From positions 866 through 64,865 of the forward strand of contig CBFDSV010000005.1 of NCBI GenBank assembly GCA_965612735.1: a stretch of 64,000 bases of DNA, written 5' to 3'. The notes below the pieces were generated by a model. It had not been told where the DNA came from and did no database searches. It saw only the letters and a list, made by a program, of their open reading frames with translations. Origin of the DNA: an uncultured bacterium. GTDB taxonomy: Bacteria; Hydrothermota; UBA3072; B12-G15. Positions 1 to 9,400 of the stretch are shown here, piece by piece (position 1 is the stretch's first letter; every line of letters starts with the position of its first letter). The position numbers and the translations under genes are program-made.

Positions 1-2673
1 GTGACCGGTGAAGTTCTTGATGGCTGGCCAACAATGAGGACGACCTCCGGGTATGTGAAGGGGATGGTCTTCCCATCTGTTGGAAGCGACCCGCTTTCTG
101 AAGTCCCAATGGCGAATGAGTATATCTGGGTTGGTGGATATGCCACAACAACAAACTCCAGTGGGTATTATACTTCTTCCTATACAGGCACTGTTGAATC
201 CTATTTACGAGGACCCTATGTGAATGCACAGAATGAGGACTATTCAGAGGCATACTATTCAACAAGTTCCTCAAGCATGGATTATTCCCTCTCACAGGTG
301 AGTTACTCCTGGATAAACACCAGCACATCTACGGGTATAACAGGGGATGACCAGAGCAAGGTATTCACTCTCCCATTCTCATTCAACTTCTATGGAACCA
401 CATACAACAGTGTCTATGTATGCAGCAATGGTTTCTTGAGTTTCACTTCCAATTCAACATCATACAGACCAGCAGACATACCGAACACAGGCACACCCAA
501 TGCACTGATTGCACCATTCTGGAGAGACCTGACCCCTGATGCAAGTGGAACAATCACCTATACAAGCACAAGCAGTTATTTTGTTGTCACATGGAACAAT
601 GTTAAGAACTACTCCAATTCAAGCAGGCAGACATTCCAGGTTATACTCTATTCAAATGGTGAGATTGTGTTCCAGTACAAAACAGTATCCAATGATGTAA
701 CTACCTCCATTGGTATTGAAAACCAGGATGGAAGTGGTGGAAAGACTGCAAGTTTTCCATCAAACTATACTGCCTACAAGTTTACACCTGTTGGTGGCTC
801 CTCAGGGAACACCTCCTGGACATGGGCATACTCAACAACCAACACCCATGTGGATGAGGTGAATGTATTCTACCATGTGAACTACATCCATGACTATTAC
901 AAGAATACCAGAGGATACAGTGGAATGGATTATCAGATGAAGGCAACTGTCCACTATGGAACAAACTATGCAAATGCCTTTTATTCACAGAGTGACAAGA
1001 ATATATACTTTGGAGATGGTGATGGTTCAAACCTTTTACAGACCTCAAGGGCATGCGATGTTATCTATCATGAATACACGCATGGTGTAACAGACCATGT
1101 TTACAGGGTTGACACTGGCAACAGCAGTGCCCTTCCTTATACCGGTCAGAGCGGTGCAATTGATGAGGCACTCTCTGATTACTTCCCTGCAAGTGTAACC
1201 AATGACCCCAACATGGGTGAATGGGTTATGGCACAGCAATATCAGAGGAATCTTGAAGACCTCTATGTTTATCCAGACGACTGGGCAGGAGAGGTACATG
1301 ACGATTCAAGGATTATATCTGGTGCATTCTGGGATATAAGGAAGGCAGTTGGACAATCAATAGCAGATAAACTCATCTTTGAGGCAGAATTCTATTATCC
1401 TGAGGACTTCCTTGAATTCAGGAATGCAGTAATACAGGTTGACCAGAATCTTTACAATGGCTCCCATGTGGATGCAATAAAGAGCGCCTTTGCAAGGCAC
1501 GGTATAGGTGATACAGGAGGAGGTGGGACAACATCTGCCTATGAGATGACCAGTACCACATACTCCTGGATAAACACCAGCACATCCACGGGCATAACAG
1601 GGGATGACCAGAGCAAGGCATTCACACTCCCATTCTCATTCAACTTCTATGGAACCACATACAACAGTGTCTATGTATGCAGCAATGGTTTCTTGAGTTT
1701 CACTTCCAATTCAACATCATACAGACCAGCAGACATACCGAACACAGGCACACCCAATGCACTGATTGCACCATTCTGGAGAGACCTGACCCCTGATGCA
1801 AGTGGAACAATCACCTATACAAGCACAAGCAGTTATTTTGTTGTCACATGGAACAATGTTAAGAACTACTCCAATTCAAGCAGGCAGACATTCCAGGTTA
1901 TACTCTATTCAAATGGTGAGATTGTGTTCCAGTACAAAACAGTATCCAATGATGTAACAACCTCCATTGGTATTGAAAACCAGGATGGAAGTGATGGTGT
2001 GAAGTATGCATACTCATCCTCTGCCCCATCTGATTACAGTGCCATTAAGTTTACACCTGTTGACAGCACAGGTGGTGGTGGTTCTTATGTATGGACAGAG
2101 GTAACATACAACATATCCTCTCCTCACTATTACGAGAATAACTACGACAACACCTGGACAATCACCCATAATGGAGCATTAAAGATGGCAGTACACTTCT
2201 CCCAGTTTGACACAGAATCGGGTTATGACTTTGTTTACATATACGACGCAGACTACAACCAGGCTGCAAGGTATGATGGGAACAGGGGCGCATTCTGGTC
2301 AACTGATGTTGACGGAGATGTAATACGGGTAAGGCTTCAAACAGATTACAGTGTAACAAGGTATGGTTTTGATATTGACAAGTATGCATGGTATGGGAGT
2401 GGAAAGGCGGGGATTGTTGACCTCACAGGAAGACAATCTTTTGAGGTTGCCACAACACTTATAAAATCTGAAATCCCTTACTCATACAGGTTGAAATCAA
2501 ATGCTGAAATAACTGTTTTCAACATTGCGGGAAGGCTCATGCTTCATACAACCCTCACCCCTGGTGAAGGTAGTGGTTTGCTCAGGATACCACATGCCAG
2601 ACCTGGTGTTTACTTTGTTAAGGTGAAGGGTAAAGGACTGGATAAATCCTTCAAGATTGTTAAAATAAAATGA
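1..2673 (+). CDS. Secreted M4 (thermolysin-like) zinc metallopeptidase with a duplicated N-terminal/propeptide-like domain, a CUB-like domain and a T9SS C-terminal sorting domain. Probably 5' partial: the ORF begins at the window edge with a GTG and has no signal peptide.
   Basis: Thermolysin-like blocks are readable directly: YDYYKN, FGDGDG, HEYTHGVTD (HExxH) and GAIDEALSD about 20 aa later (third zinc ligand Glu). The C-terminal roughly 70 aa (ITVFNIAGRLM...PGVYFVKVKG...KIVKIK) resembles a type-A T9SS CTD. A 144-aa segment is repeated on both sides of the protease domain. Confidence 0.75.
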   Translation: MTGEVLDGWPTMRTTSGYVKGMVFPSVGSDPLSEVPMANEYIWVGGYATTTNSSGYYTSSYTGTVESYLRGPYVNAQNEDYSEAYYSTSSSSMDYSLSQVSYSWINTSTSTGITGDDQSKVFTLPFSFNFYGTTYNSVYVCSNGFLSFTSNSTSYRPADIPNTGTPNALIAPFWRDLTPDASGTITYTSTSSYFVVTWNNVKNYSNSSRQTFQVILYSNGEIVFQYKTVSNDVTTSIGIENQDGSGGKTASFPSNYTAYKFTPVGGSSGNTSWTWAYSTTNTHVDEVNVFYHVNYIHDYYKNTRGYSGMDYQMKATVHYGTNYANAFYSQSDKNIYFGDGDGSNLLQTSRACDVIYHEYTHGVTDHVYRVDTGNSSALPYTGQSGAIDEALSDYFPASVTNDPNMGEWVMAQQYQRNLEDLYVYPDDWAGEVHDDSRIISGAFWDIRKAVGQSIADKLIFEAEFYYPEDFLEFRNAVIQVDQNLYNGSHVDAIKSAFARHGIGDTGGGGTTSAYEMTSTTYSWINTSTSTGITGDDQSKAFTLPFSFNFYGTTYNSVYVCSNGFLSFTSNSTSYRPADIPNTGTPNALIAPFWRDLTPDASGTITYTSTSSYFVVTWNNVKNYSNSSRQTFQVILYSNGEIVFQYKTVSNDVTTSIGIENQDGSDGVKYAYSSSAPSDYSAIKFTPVDSTGGGGSYVWTEVTYNISSPHYYENNYDNTWTITHNGALKMAVHFSQFDTESGYDFVYIYDADYNQAARYDGNRGAFWSTDVDGDVIRVRLQTDYSVTRYGFDIDKYAWYGSGKAGIVDLTGRQSFEVATTLIKSEIPYSYRLKSNAEITVFNIAGRLMLHTTLTPGEGSGLLRIPHARPGVYFVKVKGKGLDKSFKIVKIK
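304..736 (+). repeat. Copy A of a near-identical 433-bp intragenic direct repeat. Copy B is at 1561..1993, offset 1257 nt (419 codons).
   Basis: Nucleotide alignment of 304..736 against 1561..1993 shows only about 6 mismatches. The encoded 144-aa segments differ at 1-2 residues (K/A at one position). Confidence 0.9.
1561..1993 (+). repeat. Copy B of the intragenic direct repeat.
   Basis: See copy A. About 99% nucleotide identity, which is unusual for an old domain duplication. Confidence 0.9.
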
Positions 2674-5591
2674 ACCTCCTTCTCATATCATTACTTTTGC
2701 TCTCCCCTTTTAACCCTTCAGGCAGGGGAAAGAAGTCATCTTTTTCCCCTGTTCTGATTCAAAGGAAGCCAAACAATTTCAGTGAGGATAAAACCTTCCT
2801 GAACAAGGTTAAAAGATATGGTACGAAGGAAAAATATAGGAAGGAAAATCAGGGTGAGGAAACTTATACAGAGGGTGTGAACTTTACACGAAACCACGGT
2901 ATCTGTGTGGAGACCTACGACCAGACCTATCCCTCCATGGCTGTGAATTCCAAGGGAACAATCTATGCTGCTGTTGATTACTACAATGGAAGCACATACG
3001 AGGTTGATGTATTCGTATCAAGGGACAATGGAGACAACTGGGATTATGCATTCTACCTTTACAGTTCCACCTTTAACTACAGACATCCACACATTGTAAT
3101 AAATCAGGGTGATACCATATACATTTTCTACGAGACGGATGATACACTGGGTTTCCAGTACCTTGAATCACCTGACGGTGAAAAATGGTACAGGAGTTAT
3201 ATATCTTCATGGACTTTTTACCCTGATAGATGCCTTTATCCCAGGGCTGCTGTGAAGGATTCATTCATCTATGTGGCTTTCATGTATGACTATTATGGTG
3301 ATGGGAGTGATTATGATGTGGGTTACCTTTACTCAAAAGACCATGGCAATTCCTGGTATGATTATCATGATAACCTTGCAAACACATCCAGCCATGAACT
3401 CTATCCAGTTGTGGCAATATCTGATTCTGTGGTTGGTATTGCATACCAGTATGAGACTGCCTCTGCTGATTCAGACTGGTATGACATAATGTATGATTAC
3501 GATAAATTTTCAGATTCCTGGACTGAGATTTATGGGATTGCCTCTTATCATGATGATTACTATCCTGACCTTTATGCAGATGGGAATTATATGGTGATTG
3601 CCTGCATGAGGAACTATAACTACCCTGCATCAGACTGGGATATCTGGATGAGAAGGTCTTCCAATGGTGGAACATCATGGGATGGGTTTTCATTCAGACC
3701 AGCCCATTCAGGTTACGACGAGAAGTATCCATCAATCTTCTGCATTGCTGATACAATGTACCTTGTTTATACATTTGATAACAGGAGAATCTGTTATGCA
3801 GATTCCTTTCTGGCAGTTGACACATGGGCTGCTGATACCTGTTCTGAGAAGGATAAGGTTTACCCTGCATTCAGAAATTCAGATATTATCGTGAATTCCA
3901 CACAGAAAATGGTCTCATGGGTGGACACACGGAATGAAGGAAACATCACAAACATAGGTAAGGATATCTACTTCGCCACAGATTATCCCATCACCAAAAG
4001 TTGTGATATAAAATGCTACAAACCACAGGACTGGACAGATTTTCTCATCCCATCCAATGTCAAAGGGACAACAACACCCTCAAACACACTACCAGGTTCA
4101 CCTCCAACAGGTGGAGATTCAACGTACATTGATTTTGCCCTCATTGATGCCTCTCCTGTTGATGCTGAGGATACGATTTACTCCTGTTTATATGTTGATG
4201 ACGCAGAAAAACAATTTTTCTATTCACCACCACTGCCCGCAGGATGGTATGCATATGCCCTTGATTACAGCATCCTTATTATGGGTGGACGGCATACCCT
4301 GAAGGTTGTCCATGATTATACTGATAGGAATACAGAACTTGACGAGGCAAACAACTCATATGGGAAGCAATGGGTTTTCTCTCCCCTTCTTCTCTCTGAT
4401 GACTCTCCAGGTATTTACAAGGCACCACCGTATCCCCAGACAGAGTTCAGTCCACCTGACACATTCAACTGTGATGGATTCTCTGTGATACCAACATTCT
4501 ACTGGGGTTGTGTGGGAATAAGGCCACCAGAGGCTTCAGATTATGACATGAGGATTTATACAGATTATTCAAATTCCACCTCAGGATTCTCAAACTACAT
4601 CACCACATCCAGTGCTGACCAGGGTGGTGTTGATTTTATCATGATTAATGGAAACTACCTGAGTGATTCAACCTTTTACCCTGGTGTTTACAGACTTTCT
4701 GGTGTTGGGGATTACCTGATTGAATGGGATAGAACCGACGGAACTCTGGGTTCATCAGGATGGAATTCTTATGACACACTATATTCAGGACATGTGCTTA
4801 ATGTTTATGATGTTTATCTCTCTTCTGGACAGGTTTACTATGTTGCACTTGAACAGACAGGGAGCAATGAGACCCTTGGATTTGCAGTTTATTCCTCATG
4901 GGATGGAAAGTATATTAAGGCAAGGGGAGACTGGGAATGCTTCAGGGATACAATCACTGGTGGGATAACAAAGGATACTTTATTCACCACTTCAACATCA
5001 GGATGGCATGGAATAGTGGTATGGAACAGTTCTAACTCCTCAAAGGGCGATGGAATATACAGAATCTACATTTCATCCAGTCCTCTATCCATAGCACTGA
5101 GCGATTTCTCAATAATACTTAAAAATGGCTATCCCTATATAGCATGGGGGTCTGACCTCAAGGTGGACGCATGGATAATCACGAAGAAATCAGGAAGGGA
5201 TGAGGAACGCTATGAACTTCCACCTGATGTAAGGCATTTCTATGACCGGATGGTTCAGCCAGGAAACTATACTTATTCACTTTACTATAAGAAAAATGGG
5301 ATGGAGACACTTCTAAAATCAACAAACATCCATGTACCAGCCCCTGAATTCTCTGTAAATCTCATGAACACAATTGTCACAGACCAACTGCTCTTGAGGA
5401 TTGGTGGTCATGGAAAGGCAGACGTGAAAATCTTCGGGATAGATGGCAGGATTTTCTACAGGGGCAGAATTACTGAATCATCACCTGAATTCAAAAAAAT
5501 AAGGTTGAATCTACCCTCTGGTGTATATCTTATCAAGGTATGTTCAGATAAAGGGATTCTGGTAAATAAGAAAATTTTACTTCTGGAGTGA
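2670..5591 (+). CDS. Secreted BNR/sialidase-like repeat protein with a CARDB-like segment and a T9SS C-terminal sorting domain.
   Basis: Signal peptide MNLLLISLLLLSPF. BNR-type SxDxGxxW motifs (SRDNGDNWDY, SKDHGNSWYD, SSNGGTSWDG). A DEANNSY CARDB-like motif. The C-terminus VKIFGIDGRIFYRGRI...SGVYLIKVCSDKG matches a T9SS CTD. The start ATG overlaps the upstream stop (ATGA). Confidence 0.6.
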   Translation: MNLLLISLLLLSPFNPSGRGKKSSFSPVLIQRKPNNFSEDKTFLNKVKRYGTKEKYRKENQGEETYTEGVNFTRNHGICVETYDQTYPSMAVNSKGTIYAAVDYYNGSTYEVDVFVSRDNGDNWDYAFYLYSSTFNYRHPHIVINQGDTIYIFYETDDTLGFQYLESPDGEKWYRSYISSWTFYPDRCLYPRAAVKDSFIYVAFMYDYYGDGSDYDVGYLYSKDHGNSWYDYHDNLANTSSHELYPVVAISDSVVGIAYQYETASADSDWYDIMYDYDKFSDSWTEIYGIASYHDDYYPDLYADGNYMVIACMRNYNYPASDWDIWMRRSSNGGTSWDGFSFRPAHSGYDEKYPSIFCIADTMYLVYTFDNRRICYADSFLAVDTWAADTCSEKDKVYPAFRNSDIIVNSTQKMVSWVDTRNEGNITNIGKDIYFATDYPITKSCDIKCYKPQDWTDFLIPSNVKGTTTPSNTLPGSPPTGGDSTYIDFALIDASPVDAEDTIYSCLYVDDAEKQFFYSPPLPAGWYAYALDYSILIMGGRHTLKVVHDYTDRNTELDEANNSYGKQWVFSPLLLSDDSPGIYKAPPYPQTEFSPPDTFNCDGFSVIPTFYWGCVGIRPPEASDYDMRIYTDYSNSTSGFSNYITTSSADQGGVDFIMINGNYLSDSTFYPGVYRLSGVGDYLIEWDRTDGTLGSSGWNSYDTLYSGHVLNVYDVYLSSGQVYYVALEQTGSNETLGFAVYSSWDGKYIKARGDWECFRDTITGGITKDTLFTTSTSGWHGIVVWNSSNSSKGDGIYRIYISSSPLSIALSDFSIILKNGYPYIAWGSDLKVDAWIITKKSGRDEERYELPPDVRHFYDRMVQPGNYTYSLYYKKNGMETLLKSTNIHVPAPEFSVNLMNTIVTDQLLLRIGGHGKADVKIFGIDGRIFYRGRITESSPEFKKIRLNLPSGVYLIKVCSDKGILVNKKILLLE

Positions 5592-5648
5592 TGAGTTCTT
5601 CTCATATTAACTTAACAATCACTACAAAATGCAAAAAGGGAGGGTAGA

Positions 5649-7313
5649 ATGAAAACGGACATAGAGATTGCACATTCTGTGGAAATAAAATCCATTAAAA
5701 CCATAGCAAAAAACATTGGGCTCTCTGAAGATGACCTTGAGAGGTATGGTGAATACAAGGGCAAGATAAAACTTGAGGCAATTGAGAAATTCAAAAAACA
5801 AAGAGGAGAACTGGTCCTTGTTTCGGCAATAACCCCAACACCTGCTGGTGAGGGTAAAACAACAACTTCAATAGGTTTATCCATGGCACTGAACAGGATG
5901 GGTAAAAAATCCATTGTTACATTAAGGGAACCCTCACTGGGCCCATTATTCGGTATGAAGGGAGGAGCAACAGGCGGAGGATACGCTCAGGTTTTACCAA
6001 TGGAGGACATCAACCTCCATTTTACAGGGGATATGCATGCAGTAACCACCGCACACAACCTTATTTCAGCAGTGGTTGATAACCACATCTTCAGGAGAAA
6101 AGAGCCCCTGATAGACCCGAGGAGAATCATGTGGAACAGGGTTATGGATATGAATGACAGGGCATTGAGGAATATGGTGATAGGTCTTGGTGGCAGAAAG
6201 AATGGTGTTCCCAGAGAAACATCATTTCAGATTACTGCTTCATCCGAGATTATGGCAATCCTCTGTCTTGCTGAATCTTATCCAGAACTTAAAGATATGA
6301 TTTCCAACATTCTAATAGGGCTTACATACAGTGGTGAGCCTGTTTATGTGAAGGATTTGAAGATTGAAGGTGCTGTAACTGCACTCCTCAAGGATGCAAT
6401 AAAACCCAACCTTGTCCAGACAACAGAGAATACACCTGCCTTTGTTCATGGAGGACCATTTGCAAACATCGCACAGGGAACCTGTTCAGTACTCTCCATG
6501 AAACTGGCACTGGCACTATCAGATTTTGTGGTCACAGAGGCTGGTTTTGGTTTTGACCTTGGTGCTGAAAAATTCTTTGACATTGTTGCAAGAAAATCTG
6601 GATTAAAACCAAGGGTGGTTGTACTTGTTGCCACAGTAAGGGCTCTGAAGATGCATGGGGGGAAAGATATAAAGGAGATAACAGAACCAGACCCTGATGC
6701 AGTTGAGAAAGGGCTTCCCAACCTTGAGAAACATATTGAGAATATAAAGAAATTTGGACTACCACCCGTTGTTGCAATAAACAGATTTCCTTCTGATACA
6801 AGGGAAGAACTCAATGTAATCAAGGCCTTTTGCTCATCAAAGGGTGTGGATGTTTCTATCAGTGAGGTTCATTCAAAAGGCGGTGAGGGTGCAATTGAAC
6901 TTGCTGAAATGGTATCTGAGGAGGTGAAGAAACAAAGGGAATATACCCCACTCTATTCCCTTGAACTTCCAGTCAAGGAGAAGATTGAGGTCGTTTCAAG
7001 GGAAATCTATGGTTCAAAGGCAGTTGACTTCACCAGAGATGGAAAAACAGACCTGAAACTCATAAAAAAACTTGGCCTTGAAAACCTGCCTGTCTGCATA
7101 GCAAAGACACAGAAATCCCTTTCAGACAATCCAAAACTCCTTGGAAGACCAAAGGACTTCCTTGTAACAGTGAGAAGGATAACCATATCCTCTGGTGCTG
7201 GATTCCTTGTCCCTATCACAGGGGACATCCTCCTCATGCCAGGACTTCCACATAAACCAGTAGCAGAAACTGTTGACATTGATAATCAAGGGAATATAAA
7301 GGGTCTTTTCTAA
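5649..7313 (+). CDS. fhs: Formate--tetrahydrofolate ligase.
   Basis: 554 aa. Diagnostic PTPAGEGKTTTSIGL nucleotide-binding loop and overall FTHFS collinearity. RBS AAAGGGAGGG lies upstream. Confidence 0.95.
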   Translation: MKTDIEIAHSVEIKSIKTIAKNIGLSEDDLERYGEYKGKIKLEAIEKFKKQRGELVLVSAITPTPAGEGKTTTSIGLSMALNRMGKKSIVTLREPSLGPLFGMKGGATGGGYAQVLPMEDINLHFTGDMHAVTTAHNLISAVVDNHIFRRKEPLIDPRRIMWNRVMDMNDRALRNMVIGLGGRKNGVPRETSFQITASSEIMAILCLAESYPELKDMISNILIGLTYSGEPVYVKDLKIEGAVTALLKDAIKPNLVQTTENTPAFVHGGPFANIAQGTCSVLSMKLALALSDFVVTEAGFGFDLGAEKFFDIVARKSGLKPRVVVLVATVRALKMHGGKDIKEITEPDPDAVEKGLPNLEKHIENIKKFGLPPVVAINRFPSDTREELNVIKAFCSSKGVDVSISEVHSKGGEGAIELAEMVSEEVKKQREYTPLYSLELPVKEKIEVVSREIYGSKAVDFTRDGKTDLKLIKKLGLENLPVCIAKTQKSLSDNPKLLGRPKDFLVTVRRITISSGAGFLVPITGDILLMPGLPHKPVAETVDIDNQGNIKGLF

Positions 7314-7443
7314 CATTGATAAAAGTTTCACATAAAATGTAAATCTGAACCAAAATATACTTTTTTCCGGAAAAACTCCACATGAATTTACTGGAAAATC
7401 GGGGTAAAAAGTGGTAATGCTGTTAAAAATATCACATGGGGTA

Positions 7444-7471
7444 TTGACAAAACCCATTATGTTTGTAAATT
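7444..7471 (+). promoter_or_regulatory. Sigma70-like promoter for the hydrogenase operon: TTGACA, 16 nt spacer, TAAATT.
   Basis: TTGACA at 7444..7449 and TAAATT at 7466..7471. RBS AAAGGAGG sits 4 nt before the ATG at 7499. Confidence 0.5.
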
Positions 7472-7498
7472 TGTGAAAAATTTATCAAAGGAGGTTAT

Positions 7499-8545
7499 AT
7501 GAGGGTGGTGAAACTGAAGAAGAAAAACCTTGTGCCTTTTCTGAGGAAACTTGAGGAGTTTGGAGAGGTCTGGGGACCTGTTAAAAAGGGTGACAAGTAT
7601 GTGTATGCCCACACTGACCCTGAAAACTTTGACCTGAAGGCATTAAGAACCATCATACCCCCAAAAAAGTTTTTTGTTCCTCCAAAGTTCAGGATGTTCA
7701 CATTTAAGGAGGATGAGTGGAACGAGGAGATAGACACAAAGAAAAGGATACTCTTTGGTCTGCATCCCTGTGATATTCACGGAATACTGATTCTTGACAA
7801 ACTCTTCCTCTCCAATTATCCAGACCCATACTATAAAACAAGGCGGGAAAACACAGCAATCATCGGGCTATCATGCGAACCAGACGATAAGTGCTTCTGC
7901 AAATCAACAAACACACATTCAGTTGAGGAAGGCTTTGACCTTGCCCTATCCGACATAGGGAATGAATACCTTGTCTGGATAGGTTCTTCACTTGGTGACG
8001 ACCTTCAGAAGATGGGTGAAGACCTGATTGATGAGGATGTTACAGAGGCAGATATAAAGAAATACATTGAGTGGAGAAAGAAGAGGGATGGAATGTTCAA
8101 AACAGATATAGACCTCACTGCGATGCCTGACATCTTTGAGATAAGTTACAACTCTCCAATATGGGAGAAACTGGGTGAATACTGCCTCTCCTGTGGTCAA
8201 TGTTCAATGGTCTGCCCCACCTGCAATTGCTATGATGTTGAGGATAACTACAGGGTTGGAAGTGAGATAGAGAGGAATAGACACTGGGATAGTTGTATGT
8301 TCAGGGAGTATTCACTGGTGGCAGGAGGACACAACTTCAGGGAGGCCAGGTCTGAGAGGCTAAAACTTTTCTATACACATAAACTTGCAGGTTATATGAG
8401 TATATTTGGTAAGCCAGCCTGCGTTGGATGTGGAAGATGTGCAGACACATGCCCTGTGGACATAAATGTACCAAATGTTGCAAGGGCACTCAAAGGCGAA
8501 AAGGTGGATGCAATATGGGCAAAGGAGGTGAAGGATGCAGGCTAA
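7499..8545 (+). CDS. hydB: Group 3b [NiFe]-hydrogenase (sulfhydrogenase-like) beta subunit, iron-sulfur protein.
   Basis: Cys-rich ferredoxin-like clusters (CLSCGQCSMVCPTCNC, CVGCGRCADTCP). It is the first gene of a hydB-hydG-hydD-hydA order identical to Pyrococcus sulfhydrogenase. It overlaps the next gene by 11 nt. Confidence 0.75.
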   Translation: MRVVKLKKKNLVPFLRKLEEFGEVWGPVKKGDKYVYAHTDPENFDLKALRTIIPPKKFFVPPKFRMFTFKEDEWNEEIDTKKRILFGLHPCDIHGILILDKLFLSNYPDPYYKTRRENTAIIGLSCEPDDKCFCKSTNTHSVEEGFDLALSDIGNEYLVWIGSSLGDDLQKMGEDLIDEDVTEADIKKYIEWRKKRDGMFKTDIDLTAMPDIFEISYNSPIWEKLGEYCLSCGQCSMVCPTCNCYDVEDNYRVGSEIERNRHWDSCMFREYSLVAGGHNFREARSERLKLFYTHKLAGYMSIFGKPACVGCGRCADTCPVDINVPNVARALKGEKVDAIWAKEVKDAG

Positions 8546-9392
8546 TCAGGTGAAGCCCACATACAACATATTCACAATGGATAAGGCAAGGATTGTGAGG
8601 TTTTATGACCTGACAAAGGATGTGAGATTCTTCCAGGTGAGACCCTATACATTTGATATGGCTTGCATGATGGACTATAGACCAGGCCAGTTCATGATGG
8701 TCTCCATACCAGGTGTTGGGGAGGCCCCATTTTCTATCTCATCAACACCATCAAGGCCAGGTCTCTTTGAATTTGGTATCAGGAAGATGGGTGTTCTGAC
8801 AGAGAAACTCTTTGAATTGAAAGAAAACTCCTTCATCTGGATAAGGGGCCCATACGGGAATGGTTTCCCCATAGAAAAAATGAAGGGACACAATCTGATT
8901 ATTGTGATGGGTGGACTTGGTGCAGTACCGCTCCGTTCCCTACTCCTGTATGCACTTGATAACAGAGAGGACTTTGGTGATATATACCTACTCTATGGAG
9001 CAAGAACACCTGATGATATGCTTTTCAGGGATGAGTATCTTTCCATGAAGCACAGGGATGATGTAAAGGTTCTGCTCACAGTTGACTCAGACCCAACAGG
9101 TGTGTGGAGTGAAGATATAGGGGTTGTTACAAATCTCTTTTCACGCATAAAGGGAATAGACCCTGAAATGACATATGTTGCAGTGTGCGGTCCACCAGTC
9201 ATGTACAAGTATGTTATAAAAGAACTAATAAAGATGGAGATACCCAAACACCAGATACTCATGTCCCTTGAAAGAAGAATGAAGTGTGGTGTCGGAAAGT
9301 GTGGACACTGCGCAATAGGATACATCTACACATGTATTGATGGACCCGTATTCACCTACTGGGATGTTATACACATGAAGGAACTTATATAG
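8535..9392 (+). CDS. hydG: Group 3b hydrogenase gamma subunit: FAD/NAD(P)-binding oxidoreductase with a C-terminal [2Fe-2S] cluster.
   Basis: FNR-like fold length (285 aa). C-terminal CGVGKCGHCAIGYIYTCIDGP motif typical of the HydG/AsrB family. Sits between hydB and hydD. Confidence 0.75.
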   Translation: MQANQVKPTYNIFTMDKARIVRFYDLTKDVRFFQVRPYTFDMACMMDYRPGQFMMVSIPGVGEAPFSISSTPSRPGLFEFGIRKMGVLTEKLFELKENSFIWIRGPYGNGFPIEKMKGHNLIIVMGGLGAVPLRSLLLYALDNREDFGDIYLLYGARTPDDMLFRDEYLSMKHRDDVKVLLTVDSDPTGVWSEDIGVVTNLFSRIKGIDPEMTYVAVCGPPVMYKYVIKELIKMEIPKHQILMSLERRMKCGVGKCGHCAIGYIYTCIDGPVFTYWDVIHMKELI

Positions 9393-9400
9393 GAGGTAGC

